DNA of 64,000 nucleotides from Candidatus Woesearchaeota archaeon (GCA_038868995.1 JAWCRZ010000004.1:4967-68966); one strand, 5' to 3'. Positions 52,755-62,937 are shown, numbered from the stretch's first letter. Program-made: numbers and translations. Notes: generated by a model not told the origin, from the letters alone.

Positions 52755-53288
52755 ATGGCGCTCGAAAGAACTTATGTTATTCCGTTGAGAAAGGGCTGGC
52801 TGAAGGCGCCAAGATATCGTAGAGCAAAGAAGGCGGTCAATACCATAAAGGAATTTGTGGCGCGGCACATGAAAAGCGATGATGTGCGTTTGATGCCTGA
52901 ACTGAACATTGAACTGTGGAAGCACGGCATGAAAAATCCGCCTCCGCGCATCAAGGTCAACGCAGTCAGGGACGACAAGGGCGTTGTGAAAGTGCAGCTT
53001 TTCGGCATTCCAATTGTGCAGGAAGTCAAGGAAGAAAAGAAGGGCTTGGTCAAGAAGATTGCGGAAAAAGTGACTGGCAGGAAGGAAAAGGCAAAACCGT
53101 CAGAACCAATGGCTGAAGCGAAAGCAGAAACGGTGAAGGTTGAGGCAAAACCTGAAAATCTGAAAGCTGAAACAAAGGCGGAATTGCCAAAAGTTGGAAC
53201 AAAATCGGAAACTTCGAAAAGTCCTGCAGAAAAGCCCTTGCCAAAACCTGCCCCTAAAAAACCTGCTGCAAAGAAAGAAGCGGCATAA
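52755..53288 (+). CDS. rpl31e: 50S ribosomal protein L31e with a long Lys/Glu/Ala/Pro-rich C-terminal extension
   Basis: The first 85 aa or so form the L31e core (ERTYVIPLRKGWLKAPRYRRAKKAVNTIKEFVARHM...NPPPRIKV). A low-complexity tail of about 90 aa follows. Confidence 0.9.
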   Translation: MALERTYVIPLRKGWLKAPRYRRAKKAVNTIKEFVARHMKSDDVRLMPELNIELWKHGMKNPPPRIKVNAVRDDKGVVKVQLFGIPIVQEVKEEKKGLVKKIAEKVTGRKEKAKPSEPMAEAKAETVKVEAKPENLKAETKAELPKVGTKSETSKSPAEKPLPKPAPKKPAAKKEAA

Positions 53289-54289
53289 TGATGGGCTTGT
53301 TGCCGTTTGAAAAAATTAAGCGCGAAATTCTTGTCAAGCGTGAGGCAGAAACTGATTCAAGACATGGCTGTTTTCCGGACGAAAGGAAAATGCAGGACCT
53401 GCTGGAGTACGGAGTTATCTGCCTGAACAAACCAAAAGGTCCGACTTCTCACATGACTTCTGATTATGTGCAGAAAATTCTGCATGTTGAGAAAGCAGGG
53501 CATGGTGGCAGCTTGGACCCCGCGGTTACCGGTGTTCTTCCTGTCGCGACCGGCAGGGCGACAAGAATTGTTCAGGCACTGCTTACAGCCGGAAAGGAAT
53601 ATGTCTGCATTATGCACTTGCACAAGCCGGTGCCTAAAGAAGATATTGAAAAAGCATTGAAGGAATTCACTGGAAAAATCACGCAAATGCCTCCGGTGAA
53701 ATCTGCTGTTGCAAGAAAAGAAAGGGAGCGCGAGGTGTATTATCTTGACATTTTGGAAATCGAGGGCCAGGATGTTCTTTTCAGGATGGGCTCGCAGGCA
53801 GGAACTTACGTCAGAAAATTGTGCCATGATGTTGGAAAGCGCTTGAAGGTTGGCGCGCACATGTCTGAATTAATCAGGACAAAAGCAGGACCATTTACTG
53901 AAAAGGATTGGGTTTCATTGCAGGATTTGGAGGATGCGTATGCTTTTTGGAAGGAGGATGGCAATGAAAAGTTTTTGCGCTACTGCATCAGGCCTGTTGA
54001 GTTTGCAGTGCAGCATCTGCCGAAAATCTGGATTCAGGATTCTGCGTGTGATACCGTCTGCCACGGTGCAAGTTTGAACGTTCCGGGTGTTGCAAAGATT
54101 AATTCCGGCATTGACAAAGACGACATTGTTGCGATAATGTCTTTGAAAGATGAGCTTGTTGCGCTTGGCACTGCCGTTATGGCAACAGAGCAGGTTATGA
54201 CTGAGAATAAGGGTTTGTGCGTGAAAATTAATAAGGTGTTTATGCTGCCCGGCACGTATCCGAAGCAGGTTATTCCGAAGAAAGAGTGA
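53288..54289 (+). CDS. cbf5: tRNA/rRNA pseudouridine synthase Cbf5 (H/ACA RNP catalytic subunit, TruB + PUA domains)
   Basis: It has LNKPKGPTSH and GHGGSLDPAVTGVLPV (catalytic Asp), plus a C-terminal PUA-like region. A TAATG overlap joins it to rpl31e. Confidence 0.93.
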   Translation: MMGLLPFEKIKREILVKREAETDSRHGCFPDERKMQDLLEYGVICLNKPKGPTSHMTSDYVQKILHVEKAGHGGSLDPAVTGVLPVATGRATRIVQALLTAGKEYVCIMHLHKPVPKEDIEKALKEFTGKITQMPPVKSAVARKEREREVYYLDILEIEGQDVLFRMGSQAGTYVRKLCHDVGKRLKVGAHMSELIRTKAGPFTEKDWVSLQDLEDAYAFWKEDGNEKFLRYCIRPVEFAVQHLPKIWIQDSACDTVCHGASLNVPGVAKINSGIDKDDIVAIMSLKDELVALGTAVMATEQVMTENKGLCVKINKVFMLPGTYPKQVIPKKE

Positions 54290-54334
54290 AAACTTACAGG
54301 TGAATCTTGTTAGCAATCATTAAAGGTGATTACG

Positions 54335-54520
54335 ATGAAGATTTCAATTCTGATTTTACTGCTATTTTTAATTTCTGTTGCCGCGCAGGCATACGATAAA
54401 GTCGCGATTTCTCCAAACAATATGAAAGTAATAGTTGTTTCAGGAGAAGTTTACGGTACAAATCAGGGCACCTGCACGACTGACTGTACAAACCAGTGTC
54501 TTGAGGAGCGGCAGGGCTGA
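54335..54520 (+). CDS. Small secreted Cys-containing peptide (61 aa precursor)
   Basis: The signal peptide is MKISILILLLFLISVAAQA, with SD-like AGGTGA 7 nt upstream. The mature part contains TCTTDCTNQC. Confidence 0.4.
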   Translation: MKISILILLLFLISVAAQAYDKVAISPNNMKVIVVSGEVYGTNQGTCTTDCTNQCLEERQG

Positions 54521-54654
54521 TGCATTAGTTGCTATTCAAGTCAGGGCTTCTTTTGGCTCATTAAGAATCTTTGGCTGGTTTTTTCCATATATTTTAAGCA
54601 TACACAAACTATTTAAACGAGTATACTAAAAGGTACACTGAGTAGTAATACGCC

Positions 54655-56463
54655 ATGGCACTGACATTTGGACCATTTAGTGTAGGGAATCCCAGCGGGT
54701 TATGGGCTCTTTTAGCGCTTGTCCCGCTAATTATTCTCTACCTTATCCGCCCAAAGCCAAAAGTTATGCCTATTCCGAGTTTGATGTTTTTCCTGAAGTC
54801 GTCTGGCGCGAGAAAGCTGAACAGTTTTCTTAAGCAGATTACGCACGACTGGCTTTTCCTGATTCAGCTGTTGTTGCTGCTCGGCCTTGCATTGACATTT
54901 GCGCAGCCGTTCACCAAATACCAGCACGATGTAACCGCTTCAAACACGGTCATCGTGCTTGATGTGAGCGCTTCTTCGCAGGTGCAGGAAGGAAGCAAAA
55001 CAAGATTTGACCTTTCTGTTGCGCAGGCAAAAAAGGTTCTTGGCAATAAGAATACTATTATTCTTGCAAAGGACGTGCCATTCATTGCATTGCAGGATGC
55101 TTCTGCTGAGGAAGCTGCAAAGTTTTTGAACGGCTTGAAGCCCCTGGAAACCCCGTCAAAGATTGGGGAAGCAATAATTTTAGCAGGGGAGACCTTAAGT
55201 GAAGGCAGGGTTGTTGTTATCAGTGACTTCATCAATACAGGCGGCCAGGACCCGGATGTTGCAAAGGCGGTTTTGCAGAGCAAGGGATTGGTGGTTGATT
55301 TCATCAATATTGCAGGCCCGCCAAGAAGCAATGTTGGAATTATTCAGCTTGATGCAGGCAACGACCAGACAACTGTTTATGTTAAGAATTATGATGCCCA
55401 GCAGAGGAGTGTTCCATTGAAGATTGGTTCGTCGCAGACAACGTTGTCAATCGCGCCAAAAGGCACTGAAACTTATTCGTTCAAGACGCCGCCCGGAGTG
55501 ACGAAAATCGAGATAAGTGTGAATGATGATTTTCCGGTTGATAATGAGGTGTTTTTGAGCGCGCCTGCTGGGGGGAAATCAAGAGTGCTTTTGATTGCGA
55601 ATAATGCAAGCGTTTTCCTCAAAAACGCATTGCTTGCTTCAGGGGAGTTTGATGTTGTTATGACAGAGCCGCCTGTTGTAAGTCAGGACGATTTTGATGT
55701 GATAATTATTAACAATGTTGACATGCGTCAGTTGCTGCCAGGCACATTTGAGGATATCAGGGAAAAAGCGCAGGAAGGTGCAACAGTGATTGTGGCAGTG
55801 CAGGATGATTCAGAAAGGATTGATTACAAGGGGTTGCTTCCTGTGAAGTTGTCTGGAAGAGCAGACGGCGGCTTTGTTTCTGTTGAGCAGCTGAACAGGT
55901 TCACGAAAAATATTGATTTCGGAAAGACGGATTATGCGCTGAAAGCAGAGCCTGTAGGCGACCAGACTGTTATTTTGGCGGTTGCCGGCATTCCTGTGAT
56001 GACTTTCAAGACGGAGGGAGCCGGCAAGCTGGTGTATTACGGCATTCCGGAAACAAGCGATTTCAAGTATTCACCTCATTTCCCGATTTTTTGGACTGAG
56101 CTTGTAAAGTTTGTGACAGAGCAGCAGGATGTGAATAATTTGAATTACAGGACTGGCGAGACGATACTGCTGGACAAAGAACAGGTAATCAGGACACCGA
56201 CGCGGGTGGTGAAGCGTGCTGCGCTGATTCTTGAGGAGCAGGGCATCTACGAGCTGGAGGACCGCGTCATTGCGGCGAATCTTGTTGATGGGCTTGAGTC
56301 AAATATCAATATGGACAAGAAGGTTGGTACAAAAAGCACAGAGTATGAACTGAAGCCTGTGAAGGAAACAAGGGAGTTCCATTGGGAATTGCTGCTGTTG
56401 GCAATTGCATTGGTTTTGCTGGTGTTTGAGGTGTTTTTTGTGAAATACCGGGGTGACCTATGA
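54655..56463 (+). CDS. BatA-like membrane protein: aerotolerance-type N-terminal TM domain + VWA-like domain, C-terminal TM
   Basis: The N-terminus is FSVGNPSGLWALLALVPLIILYLIRPKPK (BatA_N-like). A second TM helix follows, then VIVLDVSASSQ (DxSxS) and a terminal TM helix. Confidence 0.7.
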   Translation: MALTFGPFSVGNPSGLWALLALVPLIILYLIRPKPKVMPIPSLMFFLKSSGARKLNSFLKQITHDWLFLIQLLLLLGLALTFAQPFTKYQHDVTASNTVIVLDVSASSQVQEGSKTRFDLSVAQAKKVLGNKNTIILAKDVPFIALQDASAEEAAKFLNGLKPLETPSKIGEAIILAGETLSEGRVVVISDFINTGGQDPDVAKAVLQSKGLVVDFINIAGPPRSNVGIIQLDAGNDQTTVYVKNYDAQQRSVPLKIGSSQTTLSIAPKGTETYSFKTPPGVTKIEISVNDDFPVDNEVFLSAPAGGKSRVLLIANNASVFLKNALLASGEFDVVMTEPPVVSQDDFDVIIINNVDMRQLLPGTFEDIREKAQEGATVIVAVQDDSERIDYKGLLPVKLSGRADGGFVSVEQLNRFTKNIDFGKTDYALKAEPVGDQTVILAVAGIPVMTFKTEGAGKLVYYGIPETSDFKYSPHFPIFWTELVKFVTEQQDVNNLNYRTGETILLDKEQVIRTPTRVVKRAALILEEQGIYELEDRVIAANLVDGLESNINMDKKVGTKSTEYELKPVKETREFHWELLLLAIALVLLVFEVFFVKYRGDL

Positions 56464-58847
56464 GCGTTGCCGACATATTGCGGTGGGCGTATGCGCATAT
56501 GGAATACCCTTGGGTTTTGTTGCTTGCGCTAATTATCATTCCTCTGCTCTGGTGGCTGTTGCGCCATGATTTTGTTCTTGTGAAAGAGGACCTGATTGTC
56601 AAGCTGCAGAAAAGGCGTGTCAGGAAGTTGATGCTATTTACTCGCTCTATTCTTATCATCTTGGTTTTGATAGCTCTGGCATCACCTTACGTTCAAAAGG
56701 AGAAAATTATCGAGGGTGATGCTTTTGTTCAGCTTTTGATTGACAACAGCACTTCTATGGCTGTCTTTGAGGATGTTTCCCAGCAGCTTGCTGCAAAACT
56801 GGAGAAGAAAATGAATACAGAGGTTAAAATTGTCGGTTCCGGCACGACTTCAAATATTGGAGATGCGGTTCTTAATAATTTGCAGCCTCATGGAAGCGTT
56901 TTGCTGTTTTCTGATGGCAATGTGAATTCCGGCGCTGATCTGGGCGATGTTGCCCTGTTCGCGACAAAGCTGAACGCCACGATTAGCGCGATACGGCTCA
57001 ATCCAATCAGGAATGACGCAAGTGTTGAGATTTTCGGTCCTTCTAAGGCATTGGAAAATTCTGAGAACACGTTCACCGTGTTTATCAACAAGGTTGGCAC
57101 TGTTGGCCCTGTCCAGCTGACCGTCACGCTGGACGGAGAGGTTGTTTATGACCAGTTGACGAGTGAGAAAGCATATCAGTTTACTCGCAAGCTTCCAAAG
57201 GGAACACACAAGATTACAGCCAAGATTGCTTCGCAGGATTTCTTCCCTAACAACAACGCTTTTTACAAGACAGTGAAAGTGGTGCCGCAGCCGAAAGTGC
57301 TGTTGTTGAGCGAAAAATCCTCTCCATTGGAGATGTTGTTGAGGCAGTTGTATGTTGTTGATACCGCAGCCAGCATGCCGCCGCGATTGGCTGACTATTA
57401 TGCAATCGTGGTGAATGACATTCCTGCCGACCATATCGATGCCTCAACAGATGTTCTTAACGATTTTGTCTCTGATGGCAACGGCATGGTGGTATTTGGC
57501 GGGGAGAATTCTTTTGACAAGGGCAAATACCGTAATTCTGTTTTTGAGACAATGCTGCCTGTTTTGGTCGGCTCTCCTGAGAAAAAGGAGGGTGATGTTG
57601 CAATTGCCATTGTGATTGATATCTCAGGGAGCGTGGGTGCGCCGTTCGGCAGGTTTGCCAGCACGGCTGATTTTGAAAAAGCCGCGGCTATCGGCATTAT
57701 CCAGAGCGTGAAGCTTGATACAAGAGTTTCGGTGATTGCGTTCAATAATCAGGCATATTTGATTAGCGAGCTGAGTCCTGTCTTTTCAAAGCAGGACCTT
57801 CCGGACATTATCAGCCGAATCAAGTGGGGTGGAGGCACGAACATTGGTGCTGGCTTGCTGAAGGCAATTAGCGTTCTGGCGGATGCCGGCGGCAGCAAGA
57901 ATATAGTGCTGCTTTCGGATGGAAAAACGCAGGCACCGGCATCTGCGTATGAAGCGGCAAAGTTTGCAGCCAACAACGGCATCAAGATTTACACTGTTGG
58001 TGTTGGCCCTACAACCGATGAGAAGACGATGATGGATTTGGCTGAGATCAGCAACGGCATTTATTTCCGCGCGACTGAAGAGAGCAGGCTTAACATCTTG
58101 TTTGGGCCTGTTGACGAACAGAAGGCGCAGTCGGGCCAGATGGAGCTGGTTATCCTTAACAAAAATCATTTCATCACTGAGAATTTCGAGCCGAATGCTA
58201 CATTGTATGGATTCAACCAGGTTTCGCCAAAGGGCGCTGCGCGCCTGCTTGCAACCACTTCAACCGGCGAGCCGGTTTTGACAGTATGGCGGCTTGGTTT
58301 GGGCAGGGTGGCAGCGTTTTCTGTTGATGATGGCAGCAAATGGGCCGGCTCTTTGCTTACTGCCGGCAACTCAAGGATTATTGCAAGGACCATGAACTGG
58401 GCGATTGGCGATCCTGAAAGAAAGAGTGCTTCGTTCATTGATGCCAAGGATACAAGGATTAATGAGCCGGCTGAGGTTACCATTAAGAGCAGCGTTCCGC
58501 CATCTGCCGGGGGAGTTGTGTTTTACAAGATTGATGAGGATACTTACACTGGTAGCATTATGCCTACTTCCATTGGCTTCCAATCGGCTGCCGGTGCCGA
58601 GTTCGCTGTTAATTACGAAACAGAGTTTGGCAGTTTGGGCTTGAATCCTGAACTGGACAGGATTGCCGGGTCTACAGGTGGCAAGGTGTTTGACCCGAAT
58701 GATATCGATGGCATTGTTGAGCGTGCGCGTACTACGGCAAAGCGCGTTATAAGCTCAAGGGATTATATCAGGGCTCCTTTCATCCTGCTCGCCATCGTGT
58801 TGTTCCTCGTCGAAATATTTATAAGACGTTTGCTGCGTAAGGAGTGA
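56460..58847 (+). CDS. Membrane protein with two VWA-like domains
   Basis: It has a BatA_N-like N-terminus (YPWVLLLALIIIPLLWWLL). MIDAS-like motifs are LLIDNSTSMA and IAIVIDISGSVG, with GGGTNIGAGL also present. There is a C-terminal TM helix. It overlaps the upstream gene by 4 nt. Confidence 0.8.
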   Translation: MSVADILRWAYAHMEYPWVLLLALIIIPLLWWLLRHDFVLVKEDLIVKLQKRRVRKLMLFTRSILIILVLIALASPYVQKEKIIEGDAFVQLLIDNSTSMAVFEDVSQQLAAKLEKKMNTEVKIVGSGTTSNIGDAVLNNLQPHGSVLLFSDGNVNSGADLGDVALFATKLNATISAIRLNPIRNDASVEIFGPSKALENSENTFTVFINKVGTVGPVQLTVTLDGEVVYDQLTSEKAYQFTRKLPKGTHKITAKIASQDFFPNNNAFYKTVKVVPQPKVLLLSEKSSPLEMLLRQLYVVDTAASMPPRLADYYAIVVNDIPADHIDASTDVLNDFVSDGNGMVVFGGENSFDKGKYRNSVFETMLPVLVGSPEKKEGDVAIAIVIDISGSVGAPFGRFASTADFEKAAAIGIIQSVKLDTRVSVIAFNNQAYLISELSPVFSKQDLPDIISRIKWGGGTNIGAGLLKAISVLADAGGSKNIVLLSDGKTQAPASAYEAAKFAANNGIKIYTVGVGPTTDEKTMMDLAEISNGIYFRATEESRLNILFGPVDEQKAQSGQMELVILNKNHFITENFEPNATLYGFNQVSPKGAARLLATTSTGEPVLTVWRLGLGRVAAFSVDDGSKWAGSLLTAGNSRIIARTMNWAIGDPERKSASFIDAKDTRINEPAEVTIKSSVPPSAGGVVFYKIDEDTYTGSIMPTSIGFQSAAGAEFAVNYETEFGSLGLNPELDRIAGSTGGKVFDPNDIDGIVERARTTAKRVISSRDYIRAPFILLAIVLFLVEIFIRRLLRKE

Positions 58848-58852
58848 TTAAA

Positions 58853-59374
58853 ATGGGCTTTATTACCAAGAATGCAAATATGATTTTGCTGTTTTTGATT
58901 ATGCTGAGCGCCGCCTCTTTGGTTGGTGCGACTGTGTTTTTCCAGATGAATTTCGAGAAGATTAACACGGAATATAACCAGAAAGTGCAGCAGTTGCAGC
59001 AGGTTTCAAAGGATTTGCAGACCCAGCAGGCGTTGCTGGACAAGATTAAGGCGGAGTTGACAGTGAAAACAGAGCGTGAGGAGCAGCTTGGTGAGAGGTT
59101 TACTGAAGTGAAGGAAACCAAGGAGCAGCTGGAAGTGCAGAAGGCGGCGCTTGAGCGCTCGAAGGAGCAGCTGGAGAATGAGTTGGAAACTACCGAATCA
59201 ACATTGCGTTCAACGCAGGCAGAGCTTGAGGCAAAGAAGGATGTTATAACGACATTGACTGCTGAGAATGACAAGCTCGAATCTCAGCTTGATGTTTGCG
59301 AGGACAAGCGTGATGATTACAAGAAAGAGAGGGATGCGTGCCAGGCAGCAAAGGCACTTTGCACATGCCCGTAG
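58853..59374 (+). CDS. N-terminally anchored coiled-coil protein
   Basis: SD AAGGAG lies 7-8 nt upstream of ATG 58853. A TM helix is followed by a continuous Q/E/K/L heptad region. Confidence 0.6.
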   Translation: MGFITKNANMILLFLIMLSAASLVGATVFFQMNFEKINTEYNQKVQQLQQVSKDLQTQQALLDKIKAELTVKTEREEQLGERFTEVKETKEQLEVQKAALERSKEQLENELETTESTLRSTQAELEAKKDVITTLTAENDKLESQLDVCEDKRDDYKKERDACQAAKALCTCP

Positions 59375-60156
59375 TTGTAAAGCCGATTGCGAGGGCGCTG
59401 AAGGAAGCCAAGAGGGCAGTTTTGCAGGTTGTTGTTTTCAACAGCGTTATTGATTCTCTTGTTGCTTACATTCTTCTGTTATTGGGCTGTACTTTGCTGT
59501 CGTTGCCTTCCTGGTGGGCGTTGGTGCCTGCTGTGGCGTATGCCGTCATCCACACTTATGGCAACATCAAGGATGTTCATTTTTCTGCGATTGAGGAAAA
59601 GTTTCCTGCTTTGAAGGAGCAGTTGATCACTGTTGCTGACAATTGGAAGGAGCAGAATGAGATTGTTGATGCCCTGAACCAGGAAGTTCTTCAGAAGATG
59701 AAGGAAATACGCACTTCCTCTTTTTTGAATTTCGGCAAATTGACGCGCGAGATTGCGGTGATGGCTGTTGTATCATTTATCATTATTGGCTCTGCCGCTT
59801 TTAATGTGAAATTCCTTGATTTGAAGGGAACGATTAAGGAAATTCGCGAGTTTAAGCCCTTTCAGCAGTATGATATCAATCAGGAATTGCTTGAGTTTGA
59901 GGAAAGCCAGAACTTGAGTGAGATTTTGGGGGAGAAGAGCATTACTGAGCTTGGCCAGCAGCAGCTGGATTTGGAGCTGAATCCAATTATGAGCGACGTA
60001 ATTATTGGAAGGTACAAGCCGCCTGAGGAGCGTGAGTTCCGGGAGGTTCTGCCTTCTGAAATCAAGGCAACTACCGATGTGAGTTTTGAGGAGAATATTC
60101 CAAAGCAGTATCAGAGGATAGTCAAAACATACTTTAAGGAAATCACCAAGTCGTAA
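59365..60156 (+). CDS. Two-TM membrane protein, hypothetical
   Basis: ATG 59365 overlaps the upstream gene by 10 nt. It has two hydrophobic helices and then an acidic soluble domain. Confidence 0.55.
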   Translation: MPVVVKPIARALKEAKRAVLQVVVFNSVIDSLVAYILLLLGCTLLSLPSWWALVPAVAYAVIHTYGNIKDVHFSAIEEKFPALKEQLITVADNWKEQNEIVDALNQEVLQKMKEIRTSSFLNFGKLTREIAVMAVVSFIIIGSAAFNVKFLDLKGTIKEIREFKPFQQYDINQELLEFEESQNLSEILGEKSITELGQQQLDLELNPIMSDVIIGRYKPPEEREFREVLPSEIKATTDVSFEENIPKQYQRIVKTYFKEITKS

Positions 60157-60198
60157 GAAGCATAAAGATTAAATACCAAAAAGCAAGAGGTGTTGTAT

Positions 60199-61134
60199 AT
60201 GAAAATAGAGGATGCAAAGAAGACGTTTGATTATGTTTTCAGCGAATTGAACAAGGTTATTGTCGGCCAGACAGAGGTTTTGAAGCAGGCAACGTGCGCT
60301 TTGCTGGCGGATTCTCACGCTTTGATGGAAGGTTATCCAGGCCTTGCAAAGACATTGACTATCAAGACAATGGCGCAGTTGATGGATTTGAAGTTTTCCC
60401 GTATTCAGAACACGCCTGACCTTATGCCATCCGACATTACAGGAACTTACATAATTGAGGAAACTTCTGCAGGCAAGCGCAATTTCAAGTTCCAGCCAGG
60501 CCCTGTTTTTGCAAATATTGTGCTCGCAGACGAAATCAACCGTGCAACTCCAAAGACGCAGTCAGCTTTGCTTGAGGCAATGCAGGAGCACCAGGTGACT
60601 GTTGGCAATACTACGTTCAAGCTTGAGGAGCCTTTTTTCGTGCTTGCCACACAGAACCCTATTGAACAGGAGGGCACGTATCCTTTGCCTGAGGCGCAGG
60701 CGGACCGTTTCCTGCTGAAAATCAAGGTTGATTATCCTACTTTTGATGAGGAGATTGAGATTGTCAACCGTTTTGCTGAGGAGCACAAGAAAGCGGCATT
60801 GAAGCCTGTTTTGAACAGGGACAGTTTGCTTTATTTGCAGAATATGACCCGCCTGATTCCCATTGCTAATGACATTAAGAAATATGCCGTGCAGCTGGTA
60901 ACTTCTACGCGCCAGAAGAAGAACCTGATTGAGTTTGGTGCTTCTCCCAGGGCAAGCATTGGCTTGATTCTTGCTTCAAAGGCGCGTGCTTTGATTGAGG
61001 GCAGGAAATATGTCAGCAAGGACGATATCAACAGGATGGCTTTCCCGATTTTGAGGCATAGAATTGTGCTTAGCTTTGAGGCGGAAAGGCAGGGCATGCA
61101 TGCTGATGATGTCATCAAGTCATTGTTGAAATGA
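60199..61134 (+). CDS. moxR: MoxR-family AAA+ ATPase
   Basis: Walker A is GYPGLAKT and Walker B is LADEINRA. It also has ATQNPIEQEGTYPLPEAQ.DRF and GASPRA. SD AAGAGGTG lies upstream. Confidence 0.92.
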   Translation: MKIEDAKKTFDYVFSELNKVIVGQTEVLKQATCALLADSHALMEGYPGLAKTLTIKTMAQLMDLKFSRIQNTPDLMPSDITGTYIIEETSAGKRNFKFQPGPVFANIVLADEINRATPKTQSALLEAMQEHQVTVGNTTFKLEEPFFVLATQNPIEQEGTYPLPEAQADRFLLKIKVDYPTFDEEIEIVNRFAEEHKKAALKPVLNRDSLLYLQNMTRLIPIANDIKKYAVQLVTSTRQKKNLIEFGASPRASIGLILASKARALIEGRKYVSKDDINRMAFPILRHRIVLSFEAERQGMHADDVIKSLLK

Positions 61135-61994
61135 TAACCGCTGATTTTCTTCACCAGTTGGACAGGTTTAGTTTGATTATCAACAAGCGTATTACTTCCA
61201 ATTATGTTGGCGAGCGTTTTTCACACGCGACAGGGAGGGGTTTGATTTTCAAGGACCACGCGATTTACACGCCTGGCGAGGATTTCCGTTCTGTGGACTG
61301 GCGCGTTTTTGGCAGAACCGACAAGTTATATGTAAAAAGATATGAAGAAGAGAGAAATCTCTGCGTGCACATTATTCTTGACTTTTCCGCAAGCATGGGC
61401 TTTGGCACCAACACTACAAAAGCGGAATTTGCCAGCATGGTCGGTGTCGGATTTGCTTATCTTGCCTTGAAGAACAATGAGCGCTTTGTTCTTTCAACTT
61501 TTTCTGACAGTTTGGAGTTTTACAAACCAAAGAGGGGGCGGGGCCAGCTTGCCTCGATGGTTGAGTTTTTGAATGCGAAAAAACCGAAAGGGCTGAGCAA
61601 GCTTGAGCAGTCGTTGGCGAGCTACAAGAAACTGCTGAATTCCAAGTCGTATGTGGTTATTGTTAGTGATTTTCTTTATCCGATTGAAGACATTAAGAAG
61701 GCACTTTACCTTTTCAAGAATCATCGTGTTGTCCTCATTCAGGTGCTGGACAAGGTTGAGAAAAATCTTGACTTGGAAGGTGATTTTAAGCTTAAGGATT
61801 TGGAAACGAATGAAGTATTGCGCACGTTTATCAACCCGTTTGCGCGGAAGCAATACTCCGGAATGCTTAATGAGCATATTGACAAGATTCAGCAGGCGTG
61901 CAATGAAGTTGGCGCAAAGTTTTATTCTGCAAATACAGGGCAGAGCGTGTTTGACGTGTTTTTTGACGTGTTGGGCAGGCGTCGTGAAACATGA
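61131..61994 (+). CDS. DUF58-family protein (VWA-like, MoxR partner)
   Basis: It has YTPGEDFRSVDWRVFGRTDKLYVKRYEEE...ILDFSASMGFG. It overlaps moxR by 4 nt. Confidence 0.85.
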   Translation: MITADFLHQLDRFSLIINKRITSNYVGERFSHATGRGLIFKDHAIYTPGEDFRSVDWRVFGRTDKLYVKRYEEERNLCVHIILDFSASMGFGTNTTKAEFASMVGVGFAYLALKNNERFVLSTFSDSLEFYKPKRGRGQLASMVEFLNAKKPKGLSKLEQSLASYKKLLNSKSYVVIVSDFLYPIEDIKKALYLFKNHRVVLIQVLDKVEKNLDLEGDFKLKDLETNEVLRTFINPFARKQYSGMLNEHIDKIQQACNEVGAKFYSANTGQSVFDVFFDVLGRRRET

Positions 61995-62662
61995 AATTAA
62001 AAGATAAGGCTGTTTTAATTACCGGTTCGAGCGAGGGCATTGGCAGGGAAACCGCGCTCAAGTTTGCGGCAGAGGGTTGTGCTCTTGCCATTACGTATTG
62101 TCATCACAGGAAGGAAGGTGAAGATACAGTTAAAAAGTGCATTGAGCGTGGCGCCTCTGATGCGTTGCTGGTGCAATTGGACATTTCTGACGATAAGAGC
62201 ATCAAAAACTGCGTGAAATCTGTTGTCAAAAAGTTCAAGCACATATCAATTCTTATCAACAATGCTGGCGTTTTGAGGTTTGCCTTGTTCAGGGACCAGT
62301 CGTTTGATGATATCACTCTGCAGGTGAACGTCAATCTTTCTGGTACGATGAAAATGACGCACGAGGCATTGCCGTATGTGAAGGATATGATTATCAACAT
62401 CGCAAGCGGCGCTGGAAAAACTGCATATGATACATTGGTGCCGTATTGCGCAACAAAATTTGGCGTTCGCGGCTTTACGCAGGGGCTTGCTCAGGAAGTC
62501 AAGATTCCTGTTTATGCTGTTAATCCGGGTATGACGTCAACCAGAATGACTAATTACAAGGGAGTGCCGCCTGAAAAAGTTGCACAGGTTATTTTCAACA
62601 CGGCAAAAGGGAGATATAGGGTAAAGTCAGGAGGGGATATTGATGTTTGGAATTACATCTGA
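61991..62662 (+). CDS. Short-chain dehydrogenase/reductase (SDR)
   Basis: It has the TGSSEGIGRE cofactor motif, NNAG and the catalytic YCATK. Confidence 0.88.
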   Translation: MKLKDKAVLITGSSEGIGRETALKFAAEGCALAITYCHHRKEGEDTVKKCIERGASDALLVQLDISDDKSIKNCVKSVVKKFKHISILINNAGVLRFALFRDQSFDDITLQVNVNLSGTMKMTHEALPYVKDMIINIASGAGKTAYDTLVPYCATKFGVRGFTQGLAQEVKIPVYAVNPGMTSTRMTNYKGVPPEKVAQVIFNTAKGRYRVKSGGDIDVWNYI

Positions 62663-62937
62663 CGTTCTTTCATCCCTTTCACGGTTTTCTTGAACGCGTC
62701 TATCTGTTTTTCTGTCAGCTTGCCGAATTTGAGGTAGCTTGACTTGATTGCGCGTAAAAAGCCGTTTTGTTTGTAGAAGTCCTCTGGAATGTCAAACAGT
62801 TCTTTCATTTTAGGGTCTGTTATTTCTCCTTCAAGTTCTTTTTTCTGGCAGTCGTAGCAGATTGGGAACTGGTTTTTGCCAGTGATGAGCAACATGTTTT
62901 TCTTGCATATGGCGCATCGCTGTTTATACTGAATCAT
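62653..62937 (-). CDS. Small zinc-ribbon protein (94 aa)
   Basis: It has the CAICKK...CYDCQ four-Cys motif. I truncated it to ATG 62937 because the longer ORF runs antisense through msrB. Confidence 0.5.
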   Translation of the reverse strand: MIQYKQRCAICKKNMLLITGKNQFPICYDCQKKELEGEITDPKMKELFDIPEDFYKQNGFLRAIKSSYLKFGKLTEKQIDAFKKTVKGMKERQM

